A DNA stretch of 64,000 nt from Octopus sinensis (Eukaryota). Position numbers and translations under genes: made by a program. The notes under the pieces were generated by a model, which worked only from the letters and a program-made list of their open reading frames with translations, was not told the DNA's origin and ran no database searches. This document shows positions 12,841 to 25,885 of the stretch, piece after piece (within the stretch, counting starts at the first letter, position 1; each line of letters opens with the position of its first letter). Location: contig NC_043009.1 in the NCBI RefSeq assembly GCF_006345805.1, positions 24,614,001 to 24,678,000 on the forward strand. Direction: 5' to 3'.

Positions 12841-13885
12841 CCATTCGCATAATCATCAGAGCTCATTGATGCGAGTAAATGTAAATGCGTATGTATAAGT
12901 TGGAAGTTAGTGTATGTTTTGTGTGCGTGTGTGTCTCTCCCTTACTTCTCATCTCTCTCTCCCAATCCGTCTCTCTCCATCTTTCTCTCCTCCTCTCTCT
13001 TTCTGTGTCTCAGTTTCTAGGTCTGTGTATGTGCGTATGCGCACTTGCGTGAGTCTGCGCGTGTGCCCTTGTGAGAAGAACTATGTAAATAACATATAAA
13101 ATCAAAAAAACAAAGGGACAAATTTGTTCCCTTTACAGAGTGGTAAGGCCTTGATTCCTCACAATGGCCCCTTTTATTTTCTTTAAATCAAATTACGCAA
13201 TAACGATTCATAATTCCTCATCGTTGTTTAACTCTGGTTAGTAATGAATGAAAAAAGGTTTGCCTTTAAATATCACTAAATGAGTTGCACTCCTTTGAAG
13301 AATTCAACATTTATTATATCGAATCAATTAAAAATACTGCATTGTATAAGGACAGTGCTTCTTACATAAATATCCTGCATTCAAAATTTATTTCAACCCA
13401 CAGATTACGTAATACAGGCCCTCTGTAAAAAAATGTAGCCTCTACATGTTCGAGATGCTTGCTAGAAATAGCAAATATCTTTCTCTCAGTTCAAATCTCA
13501 AGCAAAAATTGAAGAATATATGAGGTACTATTACGTAAGCTGGTGATTCCTATTACGCAACTCGACGCTCCCAATTCTTTTCATCAACATTAGAGAGAGA
13601 AATGCAAAAGATTTTATATGGTGGCGCGGATTCAACATATTAGCCAGTTTGGTGTTATGATGGCTATTCTCAAACCATGTCGAATACAGGAATGCAGAGT
13701 TGGACAAATCTACACTGCCATAACAATTGGAAACACGTGCATTTTGGTTTATCTCTCCATCTATCTCTCTATTTATCTATCTACCTATCTGCTTGTATGT
13801 TTGTCTGTTTGTCTGTCTGCCTATCTATTAATCAATCAATCAATCTATTTATTTATCTATATCTATCTATCTATCTATCTATCCA

Positions 13886-13957
<72 letters not shown>

Positions 13958-14777
13958 CATGTATATATATATATATATATGTATGTATGTAAAAATACGC
14001 AAACTCCTACTTTAACACTCTCTATCTTATCTATCTATCTATTTGTCTATCTATCTATCTATCTATTTATCTAAATATATACTTATATGTATTTGTATAT
14101 GTGCGTGTATTTATATGTATATATGTGCATTTTCGTGCGCGCGCGCGTGTGCGTGCGTGCACGCGTTCGTATTACCAGGAGTTCAGACACGTCTAGCTTT
14201 TCAAGCTCAATAGATGTTAGCCATGTAGATATGTGTACATGTCCGAAGTAAAAGAAGTGTGAATAGTAACTGTAATGCTTCGAGAACTATTATTCGCAAA
14301 TTATAAGGCATATAATAGAACCACGGACATTTGGAATCAATACGTCTATGAAGGAGGGAAAATACATGATATTAGAACATATTGAGGTTTGAACTATGTG
14401 CAAAATTTGATCGTTTGATCAATTAATCTTCTTCAGGAGAAGTAGAGAGACCTGAAGTAGACCTAGAGTAAAGAAGACATACTGTTGATGAGGTTATTAA
14501 TGGTGACTAAAGATCTCAGAAAAAAACTTCATTGAACGGGTGAACACATAATCAATTGACAGATTCAACAAGCTGTCCATTCGTAATAGATTGATCATTA
14601 ACAACAACAATAATAATAATGATCCTTTCTACTAAAGGTAAAAGGACTTAGATATTGGAACAGGGGTATAGTCAATTAAATTTACCCAAGTGCTCAGCTG
14701 TAACTTATTTTATCGACTCAGGAAGGATTAAAGGCAATGTCGGCCTTTGCGGAATTTGAACTTATTTGTTTTCAATA

Positions 14778-15584
14778 ATGAGTGCAAGACAGTGTAAAAA
14801 TGATCCAAACAGATTCTGCTATATCTGTGGGGAATTGACTTTTACTAAAGAAAACGCAATATTACACGCCATATCAAGAAAATATACAAGGTGTACTTCC
14901 ACTGTTACTTAGGAGACCAGGATAAGTTATGCGCTCCTCATGTATGTTGCCTTATATGTGTGATGACATTGAGTGCCTGGTATGCAGGAAAAATGTTCAC
15001 ATGAAATTCGGTGTGCCAATGATTTGGCGTGAGCAGAAAGATCATTCTAATGATTGCTGTTTCTGTCACCATGACTTTACAGGCTGTACTACAGCAAAGA
15101 AAAAGAAACACATTGTTTACCTAAATTTGCAATCAGCAATGCACCCAGTAGAGCACTCAGAAAATTTGCCTGTGCCCAAACCTCCAGATCAAGAAATGCA
15201 GAGTTCCAGCAGTGCTGGTGAACATTCCAGTGGTGATGTGTGAAGCCCAATGATCCAGAAAGAGAGAATAAACCAATACCCTTTTCTCAAGAGGCTCTAA
15301 ATGATTTGTGCAGGGATCACTATTTAACCAAAGAGAAAAGTGAGTTTCTGGCATCAAGGCTTCAAGAACGTAATCTTCTTGAGAAAGGAGTGAAGATAAC
15401 ACTGTACAGAAACTGTACAGAGGATCTGCTTGCGTTATTCACCATGAAGGATGACTTACGGTTTTGTAATGACATCACTGAACTTTTTGAGCAACTGGAA
15501 ATAGCAAAAGATAAAAACCAACTGGCGACTTTTCATAGCTGCATCCAAGGACAGTATCAAAGCTGTTCTGCTACGCAATGGTAA
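14778..15584 (+). pseudogene. Frameshifted N-terminal half of a cysteine-rich DNA transposase, probably CMC/Chapaev3-like
   Basis: Across frames: MSARQCKNDPNRFCYICGE / YFHCYLGDQDKLCAPHVCC / MKFGVPMIWREQKDHSNDCCFC / YLNLQSAMHPVEHSENLPVP / FSQEALNDLCRDHYLTKEKSEFLASRLQERNLL. I recall this motif pattern from Chapaev3 transposases. Truncated at a (CA)n tract. Confidence 0.65.
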
Positions 15585-15623
15585 CATACACACACACACA
15601 CACACACACACAACACACACACA

Positions 15624-15672
<49 letters not shown>

Positions 15673-15918
15673 CTCTATCTCTCTCTCTCTCTCTCTCTCG
15701 CTCTCTCGTTATATATATATATATATATTATATATATATATATATATATAATTTCATTCAATTAGTATAACAATTTAAATACATATTCATGAATATAATT
15801 TTTCTAACTTTGAAAACAATAGTATTTTTTGGTATAAAAAATGGTATTGATGAAGACCGAGATTTAGAATTAGAAAAGGAAATTTAAATTATCATATATA
15901 TATATATATATATATATA

Positions 15919-17204
15919 CGAGGGATGTATGAAAAGTTTTGAGTCTCACCTAGAAACGGGGCTGCTAGGTAGCTGAAACAATTTTTTCTGGTAAGTACAG
16001 TCTTTTCGGAGTATTCTTGCCCATTTTCATGATTCTGATATTTTAATATTTGTTTTTGTTGCAGATTTTTGAATAAACAAGCTTCGAGTTTACAAGGAAA
16101 ATAGAGAAAACTGAGTATCATGCCGTCATAAAGCACCTTCATTTGAAAGGTATGACTCCATCAGAAATCCATGAAGATATGGTGAGAACCTTAAGAGACA
16201 ATTCTCCTTCATATGCAACAGTCACATGCTGGGTAAATGAATTCAAGCGTGGCAGGGAGAGTGTGGAAAAGGATGCCAGACCGGGGAGACTTCCAACTGC
16301 AACCACCAAGGACAAACGTGACCTTGCTCTTGGTATGATAATGCAAGATCGTCGAATATCATGTCGTCAGATAGCCGAGAGACTATGCATCTCAACTGAA
16401 AGAGCAAACAACATTGTGACAAAAGAACTTGGGTTCTCAAAGGTTTCTGCAAGGTGGGCCCCTCGCCTTTCGACTCCTGAACAGAAACGCACCAGGTGTA
16501 CTTTGTCAACGAGCAATCTGGAACTATTTGAAGCCGTTGAAGAGAATTTTCTTGCTCGTTTCATTACTATGGAAGAAATTTGGGTTCATCACTACCAACC
16601 TGAAACCAAAGAACAATCAAAGCAGTGGAAGCACACATCGTGTCCTACCTCAAAGAAGGCCAGGGTCATTCCTTCAGCTGGCAAGGTCATGGCGTCCATT
16701 TTGGGGGGATTCTCAAGGTATCTTGCTGATCGATTACCTTGAAAAGGGTCACACCATGACTGGGCTGTATTATTCTCAGCTACTGAAATCCCTCCGAGAA
16801 GCAATCAAAGGAAAAAGGCCGGGAATGCTCATCAGAGGAGTCCTTTTTCATCACAACAATGCTCCAGACCACACCTCAGTGGTTGCCATGTCAACAATTC
16901 ATGATTGCGGATACGAACTTGTTCCCCATCCGCTATATTCACCAGACTTAGCTCCCTCTGACTTCTATCTATTTCCAAAAATGAGAAAAGCCCTGGCTGG
17001 TCACCATTTTTACCAGTGATAATTACATCATAGATGGTGTAGGAAGTTTCTTGGAGTCTAGAACAAAAGAGATTACGCCGGGATAATAGCGCTTCAGCAC
17101 CGCTGGGGAAAGTGTTGAGCCATCGATGGGGACTATGTTGAAAAATAAATCATCAGAAGTCTTGTACCATGTTTTTTTTTTTTTGAGGCTCAAGACTTTT
17201 CATA
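15919..17204 (+). mobile_element. Mariner (DD34D) element, near full length, inactive
   Basis: Left TIR TA|cgagggatgtatgaaaagttttgagtctca. The right inner TIR tgaggctcaagacttttcata (17184-17204) is its reverse complement with 2 mismatches; the outer ~9 bp are missing. Confidence 0.95.
16101..17148 (+). pseudogene. Mariner transposase pseudogene (irritans/Himar-like)
   Basis: Start ATG->ATA (EKTEYHAVIKHLHLKG), WAPRLS (WVPHEL-like), ITMEEIW (first D->E), frameshift near 16705, FHHNNAP (second D->N), YSPDLAPSDF with 34-residue spacing, internal stops, and C-terminus GDYVEK*. Confidence 0.93.
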
Positions 17205-17764
17205 AATATATATAATTTTAATTAGTATAACGACTTAAATACACTCATATAAATATATATAATTTTAATTAGTATAACGACTTAAATACACACATATGAA
17301 TACACTTTTTCTAACTTTGAAAACAATAGTATTCTTTGGCACTGGAAATTAGATTTAGAAAATGAAATTTAAATGATCTTAGCAGAATGTCAATAATATA
17401 TTATTTCTAATTTAAAATGGATTAATTTTAGTTAGAAAGATGGAAAAAAAATTCATGATATTATTAAGTGGAAAAAAAAAGAAGGTAAACTTGTTAAGAT
17501 GTATCTCTACAAAATTTGTTCTAAGATAAATATTTAATTTACATTTAATGCAGAATGAAAATTTATATCGGTATTAATAGATATATTCAATATATTTTAT
17601 ATTATTAATAAATGGAAAAAATAAACATGAACTGTTTATGAAATACGAATCTTAAGCCGTATTCAAAAAATCTATCGCATGGCGTTCTAGCAAAAATGTA
17701 TGCTTTAAGATCTCTACATTGGACTTATATATGGGATGAACGTTAACCTTTTGTCACCTTTGTT

Positions 17765-18130
17765 TTACTAGCTTGTTTGGATCCATGGACTGCGACCATG
17801 CTGGGGCACTGCCAGGAAGGGTTTAGTTGAACAAATTGAGAGCAATATCTATAATTTTATAGTCGGTGCTTATTCGCTTTTCGTTTGCCGAAACTTTAAG
17901 TTACGAGGACGTAAATAAACCAACAGCGGTTGTCAAGCGGTAGCAGCGGATAAACACAAACACACATACACATAGACATATACACACATATATACGACGA
18001 CCTTCTTTCAGCTTCCTTTTATCAAATTCGCTCTCAAATCTTTGGTCATCCCAGTGCTTTGGGTACCACATAGTGGGACTGAAAAAAACCCTACATAGTT
18101 TAAGGAGCAACTTTCTTACTACACAGTCAC
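17765..18130 (-). mobile_element. SINE family A, diverged
   Basis: Reverse complement of tail (gaccatgctggggcac), body and head (cttactacacagtcac). Confidence 0.75.
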
Positions 18131-18185
18131 GCTTGACTTTATGTGTTTCCTTGGTATAACAAGTAATAATCTCGACACTTTAGAG

Positions 18186-18507
18186 CAGTTATTCTCAACA
18201 GTGTTCCATATAAGGTTTTTGAGGGTCCACACAACAAGATAGTAAATTAGAGACCCAAAGCAGTATCTTAAGGACCCCTAACAAAATTTGCATTAGATGT
18301 ATGCATTAGTATGTATTGTGAGGTTTCTGTCTCAATCATTTTACATAGTTCCATCTGCACAACTGAACATGTAAAATGCAAAATAAGAATTTTTAAAGGA
18401 AGTTTCTATAAAATTAATTTTTAAGTATCGAATGACTATGGGGGTCCACCAGAAGAAAATAGTAATCAAAGGGGTTCATCGATAAAAGAAATGGTTGAGA
18501 ACCTTTC
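18186..18507. mobile_element. hAT-type (Charlie/MER5-like) non-autonomous element with 8-bp TSD
   Basis: Termini cagttattctcaac / ggttgagaacctttc. Identical 8-bp flanks CTTTAGAG at 18178-18185 and 18508-18515. Confidence 0.8.
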
Positions 18508-19124
18508 CTTTAGAGCATTCGTACGATCAAAATTTATGGTAGTTACCCTGCAACCAATATTAGCATTATACAAAGGACGCATGCATATTGAACGGTATTG
18601 CTTAGAACCTATGCAAAACCTTAGACATGATACACTGCAAGGAACACTCCGACATGGAAATACATGAGTATGCTATCAAGAACCAAATATATAAATTTAT
18701 CATCAGGCTGATATGTACAGACAGAAGACGATACTCAGCTATAGCCAAACGTTGATTAGGATCGTAATAACGTAACTAAGACGAATCCGAAAGAAAACTC
18801 GATCTGATGAGTAAATTTCATAATCCAATTCTATATTTCATATATACGTATATTTCATATAAATAATTTGAAATACATGGAAAATATAAACGACATCTTT
18901 TTCTTTCATAATTTCGATATAAGAAAGAAAAGCCCTAATATGAACATAAGATATTTTAAACATTAAAAGTAAGGATTTTTCATGTAGTTAAACTGTTTTG
19001 TAGTTCAGTAACTAAAAGCGATATATAGAAAGCCAAAATGCGGTTGTTATCAGATTCAGCGTAAAGATGGGCAAAACCAAGAGTGAAAAATGTTATAGTA
19101 TCTTTAACAATATATATATGTATG

Positions 19125-19202
<78 letters not shown>

Positions 19203-19203
<1 letters not shown>

Positions 19204-19949
19204 CACGCATGCACGCAATATTTACTTGTCTGGTGTATATATAGTACTACAGTTTTTTCCAGCTAAAATCAAATACACAATACTGTATGTGAGCTGTATG
19301 TATATATATATAATTAATAATATCAAAGGGTAATCTGAAATATTAGAAATTTCCATTACCAATGGCCTAGCGTGTAAAAATTTTGTCAATAGACTATATT
19401 TTTATTCATATAAATACAGTGTACATTTGAACACATAAGAGGTATCTATCATAGGACTATCTGCACGCTAGCGAGGACAGTTAAATTCCAAACCACTATT
19501 AGGGATAAAATTTCAAAGGGAATGAAAAATAAAAACATTTACTAACTCCCGGACCAATGGTTTCAGATAAGACGAGAGATTACTGAATATATATATATAT
19601 ATGAAAGAATAATATATATATACGTTTATGAATTTATGTTGCAAGATTTCTTATGCGAAGTCGTGTGTTGAAACAGATATTATATTTCGGGATAGTCATT
19701 TTAAAAATTCTAGCACATGTCACAAACACAGATATAAGCATGCGCATCGGAGGATACACATCAGAGAAGAACAGAATGGAGTAAGTAGAGCAAGAGCGCA
19801 CACAAAACAGAAGGGGTCGCTGAGAAGTTCATAGATGTGTGATGAAAGATTACCGGACAATGGACTGTAATAAACGCGTGAAGAACATATACATAGTGCG
19901 CGTGTTTATTTGGCAAAAAGAAAAAGCAAAAAAATGACCATCCCCAAAT

Positions 19950-19988
<39 letters not shown>

Positions 19989-20755
19989 TATATATATAAT
20001 ATATACACGCATGCACGCAATATTTACTTGTCTGGTGTATATATAGTACTACAGTTTTTTCCAGCTAAAATCAAATACACAATACTGTATGTGAGCTGTA
20101 TGTATATATAATTAATAATATCAAAGGGTAATCTGAAATATTAGAAATTTCCATTACCAATGGCCTAGCGTGTAAAAATTTTGTCAATAGACTATATTTT
20201 TATTCATATAAATACAGTGTACATTTGAACACATAAGAGGTATCTATCATAGGACTATCTGCACGCTAGCGAGGACAGTTAAATTCCAACCACTATTAGG
20301 GATAAAATTTCAAAGGGAATGAAAAATAAAAACATTTACTAACTCCCGGACCAATGGTTTCAGATAAGACGAGAGATTACTGAATATATATATATATGAA
20401 AGAATAATATATATATACGTTTATGAATTTATGTTGCAAGATTTCTTATGCGAAGTCGTGTGTTCAAACAGATATTATATTTCGGGATAGTCATTTTAAA
20501 AATTCTAGCACATGTCACAAACACAGATATAAGCATGCGCATCGGAGGATACACATCAGAGAAGAACAGAATGGAGTAAGTAGAGCAAGAGCGCACACAA
20601 AACAGAAGGGGTCGCTGAGAATTTCATAGATGTGTGATGAAAGATTACCGGACAATGGACTGTAATAAACGCGTGAAGAACATATACATAGTGCGCGTGT
20701 TTATTTGGCAAAAAGAAAAAGCAAAAAATGACCATCCCCAAATACAACAATATAT
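19203..20755. repeat. Near-identical tandem duplication (~760-bp unit, offset 795-802)
   Basis: 19203-19960 vs 20005-20755 differ by only a few substitutions (gttgaaac/gttcaaac, gagaagtt/gagaattt) and TA-run lengths. Breakpoints lie in (TA)n. Confidence 0.95.
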
Positions 20756-20773
20756 ATATATATATATATATAT

Positions 20774-20817
<44 letters not shown>

Positions 20818-20899
20818 TATATATGTATGAACATATATACATATGTATATATATATATATATATTTATATACATGTATGTTTATATATATTTATATATA

Positions 20900-20972
<73 letters not shown>

Positions 20973-21154
20973 TATATATATATGTGTGTGTTGTAATACA
21001 GAAGAGTTAAAATAGATCTTGCCGAATTTACTTAGAAGCACCACTGCGCATCTTTGGATAAAGAGCAGAGCTTACTCCAAAGAAATTATTCAAGAGTCTT
21101 ATTGTTAAGGACAATGGTTCATACAGAGGTAAAGAGTTGTTGGCTGGTCAAGAC

Positions 21155-21370
21155 ATTTGTTTCGTCCACATTTGACTTGTCGAGTAACTACTTCAACACT
21201 CAGTGATAGCACTGTAGGAGCTGCCTGACACAGATCCTGCCTGGTCGAAAACCATGCTGGATGTCACTCAGCAAGTCGTTTTCTTCAAAAAAATGCGATT
21301 ACGTACCCTCTGACTATTCGTTCTATGACTTTACTGATGTGTGAAGTCCCAGATATCGATTCATAATTTT
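21155..21370 (-). mobile_element. Decayed CR1/L2-type LINE reverse transcriptase fragment
   Basis: Minus-strand translation NYESISGTSHISKVIERIVR..EENDLLSDIQHGFRPGRICVRQLL, matching the RT motif NYRPISLTS..K.MER..QHGFR.GRSC.TQLL. Confidence 0.8.
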
Positions 21371-22576
21371 ATGTATATGATCATGAAACGAAATACCTTC
21401 CATGTCAGAATTGGATCGAAATATTGTGTGAATATCAGCAGCACTGTTGGATTTGATATTCTAAACAAATTACACATTAAATTCCTGTCAGTTTATAACG
21501 TAACTTTAACACCCAACACAGATGAGAATATTCATAAAAAATCTCCATAGTTTTTCACACATGTTGTTTTTCTCTAAAACTGTTGAAGCTAATTCAAATG
21601 TTCTTAAATTTCATTCTTGTACAATCTAAATTTTTCTTCCGCAGTATGAATAAACGTTTAAAACTTGTATTCCATTAAAGTATTCACAAACACCATTATC
21701 ACCCCCAAAGTGTTGAGAATTTTAAAAGAATGTTTTCCTAGAATATATCTACTTAGATTTCAAACGACCAGGTTTTTAAGGAGACCAACAGCCACTACAA
21801 TGAAACGTTCACTAAACATAATGTGTAAACACTTGATTACAGTTATATCCATTATCAAAGTTTAAATATGAGATGCAGATTAGAATAATTCCATTCAAAT
21901 TTATTCACTCTATCACAAATAACTCCATATGTCTTTTAAGCTCAAATAAAAGGCTCACTCTCAACCAGAAATCCCATATGCTACTTTAAAATAAAATATT
22001 CAAAGTTTATATTCAACTCCATACATTTTTGCACTAAGGACATTATCACACTTAGAGGTGTTTGTGCATTTGAAGGAAATTGTAAGAAAAAAAATTTCGT
22101 TGGTTCACAGACCACCATTTAAGATCTTAAACGACCACCATTTAAGATTGCTTTCACCACAAACACGTTAAAAATATTTGCACTCACGCGCACACGCATG
22201 CAAAACGTACACAAGCACAAACATACGCAAATACAGTGACATGCACTCATTATAACCAGAAAAGTTGTCCACTCTTTCTTCAGGCTTTGATATTTTCCAC
22301 AAATCCTTTTAACATTAAAACAGTAATCATATCTCTCGCAAACAAATAAATAGAAAATAGCCATCTTTTATCTTTTATCTTGACAACCGGTGATGATGTA
22401 TTCACGTCCCCACAACCTTAGCTGTTCGGTAAAGGAGACCGATAGAACATGTACCATGCTTAGCAAAACTTAAGTACTGGTGTGGATTCATTCGACTAAA
22501 AGATTCTTTAACCTATAATTACTCAAACGACACACAGAAATCATCCTATCGTGAATCTTCAGAAATATATAGGATA

Positions 22577-22975
22577 GGAGTGGCTGTGTGATAAATAGCT
22601 TGCTTACGAACCGCATAGTTCCAGGTTTAGTCCCACTGCGTAGCACTCTGAGGAAGTGTGTTCTAATCTAGACCCAGGCCGACCAAAGCCTTGTGAGTGG
22701 ATTTGGTAGACAGAAACTGAAAGAATCCCGTCGTATATATCTATATATATATGTATGTGTGTGTATATGTTTGTGTGTCTGTGTTTGCCCCCACACCAAC
22801 ATCGCTTGACAACCGATACTGGTGTGTTTACGTCACCGTAACTTAGCGGTTCGACAAAATAGACTGATAGAATAAGTATTAGGCTTACAAAGAATAAGTC
22901 CTGGTTTCGATTTGCTCGACTAAAGGCGGTGCTCCAGCATGGCCACAGTCACATGACTGAAGCAAGTAAAAGAGT
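22577..22975 (+). mobile_element. SINE family A, full length
   Basis: Head, body and tail as at 4532-4925. Confidence 0.9.
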
Positions 22976-24372
22976 ACTTTAAATCTATGATTTCTTTATG
23001 AAAACTCTAACCACATTTTTCTTAAGGAAATTAATATTTTTCAATAAAGTTAACAGACGCTGTCCACCGTGCATAAGATGGGAGATCTGAGCAAGTACTA
23101 GGAAACGAATTCTTTCCTGAAGTTATAAACAACAGCTGTGGTCTTTTATGAGATTCATTATGTCGACGTGCCTGTAACTGATGAGGTCCAACGCTGTTAA
23201 CATACCGGCGTATCCCTTACACTAATTAATCGCGATTGTTTAGAACAAACATTCATCAGAAAGGAGATGTTTTTATTTGCTGAAACACTACAGCAATTAG
23301 CATATTCAAGTCCGAATCTGTCAGAACATATTGAGAATGAATATGCAAATTAAAGAAAAATAAATAAATAAATAAATAAACATACTTTCCAACTACGTTT
23401 AGGTTCGTATTGACTGTGGTTACCTTATTTCATAATATTTCAAAGAGAGAACAAATTTTTGATGAATAATATCAGATAAATAATATCAGATATCAGTCCC
23501 GTTATTAGTTAGTATAATAGCATAGCCCGGAAAAAACATGAATTATATGAAGAAATGAGAACAAGAGAAATAATATTCTTAAGAATAAACCTGGAGAAGT
23601 ACAGGACGAATTATTACAATTGGAAAAGATCAGGACAAGTTATTACGTCTGGTAAAGTGCAGAACAAAACAAGTTTTACCTAAAATAAGGCAGCCAAGGA
23701 GAATATCTCAATATTAAAAATTATTTGAATACTAAAATACTAAAATGAGTGCCGGAAGTAACAATATAGCTAAAATTTTATGAAAAATAGAATAGTATAT
23801 ATGGTAAGCAAATTCATTTAATAGAAAATAGGCATTGGGTCAAGACTTCAAATGTGAAGACTTGGCAATAACTTAGGCAATAACTCAAGCAAATTTTACA
23901 GTGAATTTATTGTTATGAGTAGATTTTACTGTAATACTTTGATACTTTGATACTTTGATAGGTTTCGGCCATTATTGGCCCAGGCCATGTCTAACTTAAT
24001 AGCACCACCTGGTGCTATAAAACTAATTTTTTATATTATTTTATTTATTGTACTAACTAATTATATATCACTATTATTTTTCATAACTAGGTTTCAAATT
24101 TCTTCTTATTAATTAATAATTTAAAAAATGAATTTTTTTTAAGTGCAAAAAATATTTTGAGTTATTTTAAATTTTTAATAAAAGTAACAACTAATAACAA
24201 ATAGAAATAATAACTTGTTACAACATTTTTAGATTTAATAAAAACCTAATATTTTCTAAATTTAAATATTCTATTTGAAATTTTATCCTTAGCTGCAGTT
24301 TTAAGTAAAAACTTTCTTGTTCTGTACTTTTGCAGGTTTATAATCTTAAAAATATTTCTCTTATATTATGAA

Positions 24373-24421
<49 letters not shown>

Positions 24422-24484
24422 TATATATATATTATATATATGTACATACATACATATATGTATGTATGTATATATGTGTGTATG

Positions 24485-24545
<61 letters not shown>

Positions 24546-24764
24546 CAAGTATGTATGTATGTATGTATGTATGTATGTATATATGTATGTATGTATGTAT
24601 AAAGCGGGTTTCTTTCATTTTCGATTGCCCAAATCCACCCACAAGGCTTTGGTCAGCCAGTAATTTTCCCAGAGCTAGTAGTTTTCAATCACTTCCAATT
24701 CGAACGATATTTATACTCAAAATTGTTGGATTGCTTTCACTATTTTTTTTCTTTCACTCATTAG

Positions 24765-25100
24765 AGTCTGGCCATGCTTGAGCACCACATTCGGGAATAT
24801 TGGTCGATCAATTCTACCCCAGTACTTATTATATTTTCTGATAAAGCCTTTCAAATTGTGAAGGGGACAAACACAGACAGAAAGACACACTTAGACCACA
24901 CACGCACAGACACACACACGCACGCACACACACATATATGTATATGTATACACGACGGGATTCTTTCAGTTTCCGTCTAACAAATCCTCCCATAAGTCTT
25001 TGGTCGGCCCGAGTCTAGATTAGAACACACTTGTTCGGTGTGCTACGCAGTGGGACTGAAACTGGAAACGTGGTTGCGAAACAAACACTTGACCACACAG
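24765..25100 (-). mobile_element. SINE family A, inverted relative to the 22577 copy
   Basis: Reverse complement of head, body and tail; shares the variant aagtgtgttctaatctagac with the 22577 copy. Confidence 0.8.
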
Positions 25101-25620
25101 TTTCACATTTACCTCATCATAAGAATATGACACACATTCTTATCCAGCTTATTTTTAGTTAATCATTATTCTGACATTCCAAATTTTTTCATGAACCAAC
25201 TTTTATTCCATTTCATTCGCTCCAACACAATTTATTCTAAACAGATAAATTCTGTTTTATCTATGGTGTATTTGACTTTATAATTCCATTCTAGTAAATT
25301 TTACCTATTTGTTTTCTCAATAACAAATTGTACTTCACACGCATTCACGTCAATTTGACACAACCTTTTATGATATCCATTGTTATTTTACGAGAAACAT
25401 GTTTTATTTTTCACCTCCTTTTACACATAATCAAATATATTACTTTTTTGCACGAACAACTGAAAGGCACAATGCTATCAAATATGTTCATTTGCCGCAT
25501 AGTCTCTCACGCTGTTGTTTACGTATAGACATAGAAATCAGGTGCATATCGACACACACACACGCGAATACGATACTCCATACATATATGAGTGTGTGCC
25601 TATATATACATACACCACAC

Positions 25621-25691
<71 letters not shown>

Positions 25692-25707
25692 TTACTGGTT
25701 TCAGTCA

Positions 25708-25885
25708 TTTAACTGCGGCCATGCGGGAGCACAGCCTTTAGTCGAATAAATTGACATATTCTTTGTAAGTCTAGTACTTATTTTATCTGTCTCTTTCGCC
25801 AAACTGCTAGCTTACGGGGGCGTAAACACACCAACATCGGTTGACAAACGATGGAGGGCGGGACAAACACAAGCACACAAATACA
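25708..25885 (-). mobile_element. SINE family A, 3' half
   Basis: tttcagtcatttaactgcggccatgc...ttgacaaacgatgg..ggacaaacac. Confidence 0.8.

Noticed and set aside
18805-23190. CTGATGAG words at 18805 and 23179
   Set aside because: No downstream stem II-GAAA-stem III arrangement.
23999-24018. atagcacc-acct-ggtgctat hairpin / CTCF-like motif
   Set aside because: A single short motif with mismatches and no supporting context.
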